Source: Rhodospirillaceae bacterium
GTDB taxonomy: Bacteria; Pseudomonadota; Alphaproteobacteria; GCA-2746255
NCBI GenBank assembly: GCA_002746255.1
Contig: NVWO01000007.1
Location: 2,404 to 66,403, forward strand
Length of the DNA stretch: 64,000 nucleotides
Direction: 5' to 3'
Positions 28,858-36,541 of this stretch are shown in pieces. The first letter of the stretch is position 1. Every line of letters begins with the position of its first letter. The position numbers were made by a program, and so were the translations under genes. The notes below the pieces were generated by a model, which saw only the letters and a list, made by a program, of their open reading frames with translations, searched no databases and was not told the origin of the DNA.

Positions 28858-30241
28858 CGATGACGCGGCGTGCCTTGAAGTCTGTCCGGGGAATGGAGTT
28901 CAGCGGTACGATCTCAACCTTTGTACGGACACCAAGCACCCGTTGCAGGTCCTTGCTGATCGTGCTTTGGAATGCGTTCAGGGCGTCGTCACCTTTCGTG
29001 TAGGTTTCCTTCACGGCCTCCACGCGGACCAGCAATTCGTCCATGGTTCCTTCGCGCGTGATGATGATGCGATGTTCCCCGCCATAGCCGTCGACTTTGT
29101 TCAGGACGGCGTCGATTTCACTTGGGTAGATGTTTTCACCACGGACCGTGAATTGATCGTCGATACGCCCAAAAATTCCGTTTGGAAGGTGTGGATAGGT
29201 ACGGCCGCAAGGGGCGGGGCCGTCATAGCGCCACTCGGTCAGGTCGCCGGAGAGCAGGCGGATCATCGGTTGTGAGGTGCGTTCGAGATGGGTGTAGACG
29301 GGCGTTCCCTTCTGACCATAGGGCACACGCCGAAAATTTGATGGGTCGCAGACTTCTGTGTAGACGATGTCCTGCCACAACAGCATGCCTTCCGGCGTTC
29401 CCTGTGAACCGGCGCAGTTCATCCAGGGCGCCATCTCGGCCATGGAACCGGAATCGTAAACTTCGGCGTTATAAAACTCCTTGATCCGGTCACGCACACC
29501 CGGGATCGATGCGCCAGGTTCGCCCGAGAAGAACAGGCATTTGAGGCCGAAATCTTTCGGCTCCAAGCCTTCCTTGATGGCGGTCTCGGCCAAATGAATG
29601 GCAAAGGACGGGGTGCCATAGAAGGCAGCGGGCTTCATCTGGCTGAGCCATTGTGCGGCGCGTGCGCTCATACCCGGGGCACCGGCGCCAAAAGGGAAGG
29701 CCTTGGCGTGCAGGCGTTCTGCACCGGCCAGCGCACCCCAGGAACCCAGGTAGAGGCTGAAAATTGCGGCGACGAAGATCATATCGCCCGGGCGCATGCC
29801 CATGCCGTACATGATGCGCGCATGGGCGTTGGCAATGGCGTCCCAGTCGTTGCGGCCGATGGCAAAAACGGTGGGCGTTCCGGTGGTTCCGGACGTGCCG
29901 TGGATGTGATGAATTTCCGATTCAGGAATGCAGAGATAATCGCCGAACCTCGGTACATTGGTCTGGGCCGCGCGCAAATCCTTCTTCGTGATGACCGGGA
30001 CCTTGTCCTCAAAATCCTCAAGGGACTTCAGGTGGTCCGGATGAAAGCCAGCTTTGTCCCATATCCGTTTGTAGAAGGGGGATTTTTCATAGGCATAACG
30101 CGTGACTTCCTGCAGGCGCCCGAGAATAGCTTTTTCCCGATCCCCCGGGTCCATCGTCTCCCGCTTTGTAAACCAGTAGGGAGAAGAGGGTTCCGGCAGG
30201 TAATTGGGGTCAAATTTTGGTGGAAACGACCAATTTTCCAT
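28808..30241 (-). CDS. PaaK-like (phenylacetate-CoA ligase family) AMP-forming acyl-CoA ligase, candidate 2-hydroxyisobutyrate-CoA ligase
   Basis: 477 aa; HGTSGTTGTPT adenylation motif; PaaK-family architecture; embedded in the mutase operon. Confidence 0.65.
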   Translation of the reverse strand: MENWSFPPKFDPNYLPEPSSPYWFTKRETMDPGDREKAILGRLQEVTRYAYEKSPFYKRIWDKAGFHPDHLKSLEDFEDKVPVITKKDLRAAQTNVPRFGDYLCIPESEIHHIHGTSGTTGTPTVFAIGRNDWDAIANAHARIMYGMGMRPGDMIFVAAIFSLYLGSWGALAGAERLHAKAFPFGAGAPGMSARAAQWLSQMKPAAFYGTPSFAIHLAETAIKEGLEPKDFGLKCLFFSGEPGASIPGVRDRIKEFYNAEVYDSGSMAEMAPWMNCAGSQGTPEGMLLWQDIVYTEVCDPSNFRRVPYGQKGTPVYTHLERTSQPMIRLLSGDLTEWRYDGPAPCGRTYPHLPNGIFGRIDDQFTVRGENIYPSEIDAVLNKVDGYGGEHRIIITREGTMDELLVRVEAVKETYTKGDDALNAFQSTISKDLQRVLGVRTKVEIVPLNSIPRTDFKARRVIDDRAVFQDMLKKNDGA

Positions 30242-30273
30242 CGTGCTTTCTCCTCCCGTCTCCGTTTTAGCTG

Positions 30274-30690
30274 TTAGCGTGCGCCGCGTTCGGCAACAAG
30301 GCGTCGCATCGTTTCAATTATTTCTTGCGGGGGTGTGTCCTGCAGCAGAATCTGTTTCACGCCAATTTTATGCAGCTCTTCGACTTCGTCGTCTGGAATG
30401 ACGCCGCCGCCGGTGACGATGATGTCTTCGGCGTTGCTTTCTTTCAGCAGTTCGATGATGCGTGGAAACACCGTCATATGCGCGCCCGAAAGAATGCTGA
30501 CGCCAAGGATGTCCACGTCTTCCTGAACGGCGGCGCGAACAACGTCCTCCGGCGTACGGTGAAGGCCTGTATAGATGACATCCATTCCGGCATCGCGAAG
30601 GGCACGTGCCACGACTTTGACGCCGCGGTCGTGACCGTCCAGCCCGACTTTCGCGATCAGCACGCGAATGATGTCTGAATTCTTACTCAT
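30274..30690 (-). CDS. hcmB: acyl-CoA mutase small B12-binding subunit (HcmB-like)
   Basis: 138 aa; DxHxxG cobalamin-binding motif in LDGHDRGVKVV. Confidence 0.8.
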   Translation of the reverse strand: MSKNSDIIRVLIAKVGLDGHDRGVKVVARALRDAGMDVIYTGLHRTPEDVVRAAVQEDVDILGVSILSGAHMTVFPRIIELLKESNAEDIIVTGGGVIPDDEVEELHKIGVKQILLQDTPPQEIIETMRRLVAERGAR

Positions 30691-30702
30691 AATAACGACT
30701 CC

Positions 30703-31425
30703 CTAATTTCCTAATGTGTTTTTTATCTCAAGGTCGACCACCTTGTCGATAGGGGCGGCCTTGGCATGGGTCTGTTTGTTCAACTCGCGTTGTAGAGACG
30801 TGGAGGCAGCTTCGGCGTGCTCGCCGGCGAGGGTCTCGGCTTTTTCCGCATCACCTTCGGCGATGGCGTCAAGAATGGCGTCATGCTCCATCCAGACGTT
30901 TTTACTATAGCCATCGATACGCAGCACGACACTCATGATGCGCCGGAAGTGGTTCAAATAGGGCTGCATCGTATCGGCAAGGATGGCATTGCCGGAAAGT
31001 TCGTAGATCAACCGGTGGAAGTCCATGTCCGTTGCGATCAATTTTGAAATTGATGCGTTCGCGGCCGTCTTTTGGTCCAGGGCCGCGGTGCGTTTTGCAC
31101 GCGCAATGTCGCGCGACGCGGCGTTTGTAGCGGCCTGTCTTGCGGCAAGTCGGTCGAGGGCGCCGCGAAATTCGTAAAGGGAACGGACAAAACCTTCTTC
31201 AAGCGGCGCAACCATCAACCCGCGTCGGCCAGCTTTGCAGACAAATCCCTGGCTTTTCAAAAGCATCAGCGCCTGGCCAACCGGTTGCCGGGAGACGTTG
31301 AGCTGCTCGGCAATGCCTTCCTGAGCAAGCCGCTCACCGGGGGCTAGCTGGCCATCGCAGATGGCATCCAGGATGGTGTTGTAGACCTGCTCCATCATGT
31401 GGGGCTGAACGTGGAGTTTACGCAA
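30703..31425 (-). CDS. GntR-family transcriptional regulator (FadR/FCD subfamily)
   Basis: N-terminal winged HTH ...ERLAQEGIAEQLNVSRQPVGQAL plus C-terminal FCD-type domain. Confidence 0.75.
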   Translation of the reverse strand: MRKLHVQPHMMEQVYNTILDAICDGQLAPGERLAQEGIAEQLNVSRQPVGQALMLLKSQGFVCKAGRRGLMVAPLEEGFVRSLYEFRGALDRLAARQAATNAASRDIARAKRTAALDQKTAANASISKLIATDMDFHRLIYELSGNAILADTMQPYLNHFRRIMSVVLRIDGYSKNVWMEHDAILDAIAEGDAEKAETLAGEHAEAASTSLQRELNKQTHAKAAPIDKVVDLEIKNTLGN

Positions 31426-31517
31426 GTGGCCGCTCCCGATTATTGCATACAGTGTTCAGTAATTTGAATTTTTCAGCGACACAAGAACTATTATTAAAAG
31501 TGTTGCCTTTCAGTGCA

Positions 31518-33257
31518 TTAGCTATTTTTTTTAGGGGGGTTCCGCCAGTCGCGTTCGGCGTTGTCCCACGCTTCCAGCGGTTGCAAATCCGGCACCAGGG
31601 CAAGGCCGGCCTTGGCATCGCCCGAGACCGCCTCGCGGGTGACCCGCACGTCAAGGACGGCGGGTGCGTTTTCGAGGCAGCGCGCGAAGGCTTCGCCAAT
31701 ATCTTCCTCGCGCTCGACATGCTCGCCATGGGCGCCAAGCGCACGCGCAAGACCGGCATAATCGGAAAAGCGAAGTTCCGTGCCGACGATATTGCCGTCA
31801 TAGGTTTCGCGCTGGTCAAAGCATTCAATGTTCCATGCACCATTGTTGGCGATGACGAAAACAACCTTGGCGTCGTGGCGAACGGCGGTATCGACCTCGA
31901 TTGCATTGAAGCCAAAGGCGCCGTCGCCGGTGACAACAATGACCTGGCGGTCGGGAAGGGCGAGGGCGGCGGCGATTCCAAAAGGAACGCCCACGCCCAG
32001 GCAGCCAAGCGCGCCGGGGTCCATATAGGGGCCTGCGGAAAGGGCGACGCGGGCGAAACTCAGGATATCGCCGCCATCGGCGATGGTGACGGCATCGGGT
32101 GCGATCCGTTCCTGCAACACACTCAACAGGCGATTGGGATGGATATGGCCGTCGCTTCCGGGGGGCGTCTTCCTAAGTTTTTTAATAAATTTTTCTCTTT
32201 TTTTCGCGTGGGTTGCGCGTATTTCCTGAACCCACTTCTTATCTACGGCGGGCTTGCGATTGCCGGCTGCCGCGACGATGGCTTTCAGGGCCAGCGCCGG
32301 CGTGGCGACGATTTCTGGGCAGCCGCGCCGATTGTCGCGAAGTTCCTCTGCATGTTCGGCAAGGCGGACGAAGCGGGCGTTTTTGAAAATAGCTGGCGAG
32401 CCATAAGCAAGCTGAAAATCGAGCTTGCGGCCGATGGTCAGGACGACATCGGCTTCTTCCATCACCTGGCCGCGCAGCGAGGAAACGACGGCGGGGTGGC
32501 TGTCTGGAACAAGCCCCCGGCTTTCAGACGTGTCGAGGTAAAGGGCGTCCAGCGCATCAAGCATCGCGCGAAGTTCGGGCCCGGCACCGCGTGCGCCACG
32601 CCCGGTAATCACCAGCGGTCGTTTGGCATTCCACAGAATTTCGACCGCCGCGGCGATGGTTTTTGGGTCGGGCTGCAATTGCACCTTGGCCCGTGGTGCC
32701 AAATGTTCGGCAAAAACCTGGTGCCGGGGCAGGCGTGCGCGCAGGAGATCCGTCGGAAAATCAATGTAGGCCGGGCCTGGTACATTGCCTTCGCCGCTGG
32801 CGCGCGCAAAGGCCTCGTCAAGGGCGGGCACGACATGGGCCGCTTCGCGCACGGTCCGGGTGTAGCGGGTGATGGAGCGAAGCAAATCCGTGTGCACAAG
32901 ATCCTGCAATGCCCCCATCTGTTCCTGGGGGCATGGCGGCACGCCGGAGATGACGACGATCGGGGCCCGGGCGACATCGGCGTTGACGATGCCGGTGATC
33001 GCGTTCGTGACGCCGGGTCCGGCGGTGGCAAGCACAACTGCGATGTTGCCTGTCAGTTCGGCATGGGCATGGGCCATGTGGGCGGCGGCACGTTCGTCAC
33101 GGACGTCAATGATGCGAATGCCGGCGCGGGCGACCCGGTCCCAGATGGGCATGATATGGCCGCCGCAAAGCCCGAAAACACGGTCGATGCCGCGTGCGGT
33201 AAGGAATTCGGCAATAAGGCCGGCGATCGTTTCCGATGTCTCTGCATTCTGAGCCAT
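31518..33257 (-). CDS. thiamine diphosphate-dependent enzyme of the 2-hydroxyacyl-CoA lyase / oxalyl-CoA decarboxylase family
   Basis: GLVPDSHP and GDGAFGFNAIEVDT...NNGAW resemble the Oxc/HACL GLLPDNHP and GDSAFGFSGMELET...NNGGIY more than acetolactate synthase. Start taken at MAQNAETSE; the track ORF, with an alternative start, extends to 33323. Confidence 0.65.
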   Translation of the reverse strand: MAQNAETSETIAGLIAEFLTARGIDRVFGLCGGHIMPIWDRVARAGIRIIDVRDERAAAHMAHAHAELTGNIAVVLATAGPGVTNAITGIVNADVARAPIVVISGVPPCPQEQMGALQDLVHTDLLRSITRYTRTVREAAHVVPALDEAFARASGEGNVPGPAYIDFPTDLLRARLPRHQVFAEHLAPRAKVQLQPDPKTIAAAVEILWNAKRPLVITGRGARGAGPELRAMLDALDALYLDTSESRGLVPDSHPAVVSSLRGQVMEEADVVLTIGRKLDFQLAYGSPAIFKNARFVRLAEHAEELRDNRRGCPEIVATPALALKAIVAAAGNRKPAVDKKWVQEIRATHAKKREKFIKKLRKTPPGSDGHIHPNRLLSVLQERIAPDAVTIADGGDILSFARVALSAGPYMDPGALGCLGVGVPFGIAAALALPDRQVIVVTGDGAFGFNAIEVDTAVRHDAKVVFVIANNGAWNIECFDQRETYDGNIVGTELRFSDYAGLARALGAHGEHVEREEDIGEAFARCLENAPAVLDVRVTREAVSGDAKAGLALVPDLQPLEAWDNAERDWRNPPKKNS

Positions 33258-33508
33258 TGTGCGATATCTCCACCTGTAGACAAGCAGTAACTGCTTGAAA
33301 TAAAAGTATAATATTTCACGCACTTTGCATGTCGTATGCAGTCTTTGGAGTGTACGCGTTTGCTTGGCGCATCACAATGTCTGTATGCCGCTCTTGCGAT
33401 CCACCATCTGTAAAATCCCCTGCCAGACGCCCACAAAGGGATGCTAATATCGATCCCATTGTGGGCGTTGGCCTGTCCGAAATCTGTCCTGTTGAAGAGG
33501 TGTTTTCC

Positions 33509-34015
33509 TTGCGTTGCATAGTAAGAACTTCATTTATTCTATTGATTTTTATGCTTCTTTTTTCTGCTAACGCCAGAGCTGACTTTGAAGGCGGCCTTGT
33601 GGCTTATCAGGAGAATGATTTCAAAAAGGCGCTTGAAGAATTCACACCCTTGGCCAAGAACGGCCACGCGATGGCTCAGTTTTACCTCGGCCTTCTTTAT
33701 GGTTTTGGCGAGGGGGTCGAAAAGGATCTGGTTACGGCGGTGCGCTGGTGGCGGCTGGCGGCCGAGCAGGGCAACACCGCCGCCCAGTCCAATCTTGGCT
33801 TCATGTACAAATATGGCAACGGTGTGTCCCCGGATCCGGTGCAGGCCTATATGTGGTCAAAAGTGGCGTCCATGGGCGGCGCGGCGTTTGCCGATGAGAA
33901 TCTTATCACCTTCGCCGAGGGCATGACTTCGGATGCGATCGCGCGTGCCGAACGGCTTGCCATGGACTGGCTGGATGCTCATCCTGCCGCCGCCGGGTCC
34001 AGGGAAACCCCTTAG
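33509..34015 (+). CDS. Sel1-repeat (TPR-like) exported protein
   Basis: Signal peptide RTSFILLIFMLLFSANARA with AT-rich codons; Sel1 repeats AQFYLGLLYGFGEGVEKD, AQSNLGFMYKYGNGV. Start is approximate (TTG or GTG). Confidence 0.6.
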   Translation: MRCIVRTSFILLIFMLLFSANARADFEGGLVAYQENDFKKALEEFTPLAKNGHAMAQFYLGLLYGFGEGVEKDLVTAVRWWRLAAEQGNTAAQSNLGFMYKYGNGVSPDPVQAYMWSKVASMGGAAFADENLITFAEGMTSDAIARAERLAMDWLDAHPAAAGSRETP

Positions 34016-34133
34016 GCGTTTCTGCGCGAAGGTTCATGGCGTTCGCCACCAAAACCCTGAAATGATCGATTTCATTGAGGCGCGCATGTTTTAGGCCATT
34101 GACGCGATCAAATATTTATATAACATATTTCTT

Positions 34134-34505
34134 ATGGAAAGAATTGGTTATATAAGCGCAGAATCAAGTCTCGACGCCATTTTTTCGGCGCTGGCCGACC
34201 CGACGCGGCGGGCAATCCTGTTACGGCTTGTGAAAGGTCAGGCTTCCGTCAATGAGATCGCCGCGCCATTTGAAATAAGTCAACCGGCGGTTTCAAGGCA
34301 TCTGAAGGTGCTGGAACAGGCGGGGTTGATCGAGCGAGATGTTGACGAACAGCGCCGCCCGGCGAGGCTGAAAGCTGAAACGATGGCAACCGCTGTCGAC
34401 TGGCTTGCCGAATTTAGAGCTTTTTGGGGGATGTCTTTTGATCAATTAGACGACGTCTTGATGCAGATGAAACTAGCCAAAGCGAAGGAAACAGACCATG
34501 AGTGA
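34134..34505 (+). CDS. ArsR/SmtB-family transcriptional regulator
   Basis: LADPTRRAILLRL...NEIAAPFEISQPAVSRHLKVLEQAGLI. Confidence 0.8.
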   Translation: MERIGYISAESSLDAIFSALADPTRRAILLRLVKGQASVNEIAAPFEISQPAVSRHLKVLEQAGLIERDVDEQRRPARLKAETMATAVDWLAEFRAFWGMSFDQLDDVLMQMKLAKAKETDHE

Positions 34506-34999
34506 ATTACCCGAATACGTACTTGACCGGGTGTTTGATGCGCCCCGCGAAGTGGTCTGGCGCGCCTGGACGGATCCTGAATGGCTCTCGCGTTGGTATG
34601 GCCCCGGCGCAGAAACGATCATCCATAAATTTGATTTAAAACCCGGTGGCATATGGCTTAACGAAATGAAGTGGGGGGGACAATTCTAACTTTCAGAAAG
34701 TCGTTTTTCAGGACGTTTTGCAACCCTCAAGGCTGGTTTGGCACCATTATTCTTTGACAGATTCGGATTGGACTGTTGTTGTGAATCCAAGAATGCCGGA
34801 TTAGCCCCGGTTGCTGCTGACAACGGTGACTTTTGAGGACATGGGCGACAAAACAAATGTGTGCCTCTCTCAGGTGCCGATTGAGGCCACAGACGCCGAG
34901 ATCGCCTGTTTCACCAAGATGATGGCTGGCATGGATCAGGGTTGGGGCAGCGGTTACGCAATCATGGATACGCTGTTCGCAGAGTTGCGGGCAGGATAA
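34498..34999 (+). pseudogene. disrupted SRPBCC (Aha1/BPI-like) domain gene, the usual partner of ArsR
   Basis: N-terminal fragment (34498-34689) and C-terminal fragment (34811-34999) are both SRPBCC-like. The middle part is recoverable in another frame (NSNFQKVVFQDVLQPSRLVWHHYSLTDSDWTVVVNPRMPD) after a poly-G run at about 34672-34680, and carries an in-frame TAG at about 34800. Confidence 0.6.
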
Positions 35000-35337
35000 G
35001 GCAGCACCTTGGGGGCAGGAGCATGTCCCTGCAAAAAGAGGCTTTGGCGGGGGACGGCCGGCCGAAGCCGGCACCGGAACTTTATGGGTAACCACCGACC
35101 GGCTTGTGTCCCGATGCCTAGCATCAATTATGCCCGTATTTTCTAAAAACGCGGCGTCCCAAAATAGCGCCACGGCATTGGCTGGCGGCTTTCCTGGTAC
35201 CCAGCCGTCTCTTGCGGGCTTTCTGGGGCAAGGCCATATTCTGCGTACCATTTTTGATAGTACAGCGTCTTTGGCATCCCGATCTAGGGATGGCCAGCGC
35301 CACGAAGTTACATGATTTTAAAAAAATGTCTGAAAAG

Positions 35338-35413
35338 TGGCTCCCCGAGTCGGACTCGAACCAACGACACAGCGGTTAACAGCCGCTTGCTCTACCAACT
35401 GAGCTACCGGGGA
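35338..35413 (-). tRNA. tRNA-Asn (anticodon GUU)
   Basis: Reverse complement folds as a cloverleaf: acceptor UCCCCGG/UCGGGGA, anticodon loop CUGUUAA, T-arm GUUGGUUCGAGUCCGAC, encoded CCA. Confidence 0.85.
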
Positions 35414-35551
35414 TCACGGGCACCGGCATGGAAATGCGCCCAGCACCACCGGGGCTTATATAGCAGAGCGATCCCCTTCTTGGCCAGCCAGAACGCCGCA
35501 CGGTTGAATGGCGCTTGTCGGATGGGAAAGCAGACGATGGGGGGCAGGAAG

Positions 35552-35625
35552 TGGAGGCGCGGGCCGGATTCGAACCGGCGTACACAGATTTGCAGTCTGC
35601 TGGATAACCACTCTCCCACCGCGCC
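35552..35625 (-). tRNA. tRNA-Cys (anticodon GCA)
   Basis: Reverse complement GGCGCGGUGGGAGAGUGGUUAUCCAGCAGACUGCAAAUCUGU...GGUUCGAAUCCGGCCCGCGCCUCCA. Confidence 0.85.
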
Positions 35626-35740
35626 GATTATTGATCGGGGACGGTCGCCAGGGTATGTAGCTGGCGGCACTTACGGTTCCCGAGAAGGGGTCGAGGTATA
35701 GGACCTGACCGAAGGCCGGTCAAGCAAGGGGGAGGCCTTT

Positions 35741-35767
35741 GGAAATCCGCTCTGGGAGCGGATTTCC
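35741..35767. repeat. perfect 11-bp inverted repeat / hairpin GGAAATCCGCT-CTGGG-AGCGGATTTCC about 75 nt upstream of the pcm-like gene
   Basis: Seen in sequence; no adjacent T-tract. Confidence 0.6.
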
Positions 35768-35840
35768 TGCAAGCGGCGTTGTGTTTGTTCCATCCGGAAC
35801 GTATAAATGGTTCCTCCGATTCGGCTGATCGAGAGATAGA

Positions 35841-36497
35841 ATGACGGATTTTACCGCCGCCAGGCGAAACATGGTGGACTGCCAGTTGCGACCGAACAAG
35901 GTGACGGACCCGCGCCTCGTTGCCGCCATGTCCGAATTGCCACGGGAACGCTTTGTCCCGTCAGGCTATGAGGGCGTTGCCTATGTCGATGCCCATTTGC
36001 CTCTGGACCGGGGCCGTTCGATTATGGAACCGATGGTGCTGGCACGTCTTCTGGAACTTGCCGAAATTCAGCAAGGAGATGTCGTTCTTGATATTGGTTG
36101 CAGCACCGGTTATTCGGCAGCCGTGATTGCCGCTCTGGCGGGGACGGTTGTTGCGCTTGAATCGGATCCCGTCTTTGCGGGTTTTGCAACAAAACTGCTT
36201 TTGGAGCTCGGCTGCGACAACGTGGCCGTCGTCGAAGGGCCATTGGCCGATGGCTATCCCAGTCAGGCACCTTTTGACGTGATTTTTATCGATGGCGCCA
36301 TCGCCGAGGTTCCAGAAGCGATCCGCAATCAGCTAAAGAAAGGCGGGCGCCTGGTTGCCGTACTCACCGGGCCGGCGGGCGTGGGGCAGGCGACTGTCCT
36401 GACGCGGACGGATAGTAGCGTTGGCAGCCGCGCCGCCTTCGACGCAGCGACGCCCGAGCTGCCGGAATTCGCAGCCAAGGAAGGCTTTGTCTTCTAA
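35841..36497 (+). CDS. protein-L-isoaspartate O-methyltransferase paralog (PIMT family)
   Basis: SAM-binding VLDIGCSTGYSAAV. Distinct from the canonical surE-linked pcm at 55285. Confidence 0.7.
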   Translation: MTDFTAARRNMVDCQLRPNKVTDPRLVAAMSELPRERFVPSGYEGVAYVDAHLPLDRGRSIMEPMVLARLLELAEIQQGDVVLDIGCSTGYSAAVIAALAGTVVALESDPVFAGFATKLLLELGCDNVAVVEGPLADGYPSQAPFDVIFIDGAIAEVPEAIRNQLKKGGRLVAVLTGPAGVGQATVLTRTDSSVGSRAAFDAATPELPEFAAKEGFVF

Positions 36498-36541
36498 GCG
36501 CATTTATATTACGATTTAGATGTAAATTTATAGCAATTTGT

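Noticed and set aside
32150-32235. AT-rich stretch inside the ThDP enzyme gene, considered as a possible inserted element
   Set aside because: It encodes the normal Lys-rich inter-domain linker that Oxc/HACL-family enzymes also have at this position; no repeats or target-site duplication.
31443-33290. 615-aa plus-strand ORF
   Set aside because: Antisense to the ThDP enzyme gene; Gly/Ala/Asp-rich composition, no motifs.
35106-35315. 69-aa ORF between the SRPBCC remnant and tRNA-Asn
   Set aside because: No RBS and low-complexity sequence; the region is more likely noncoding DNA flanking the tRNA.
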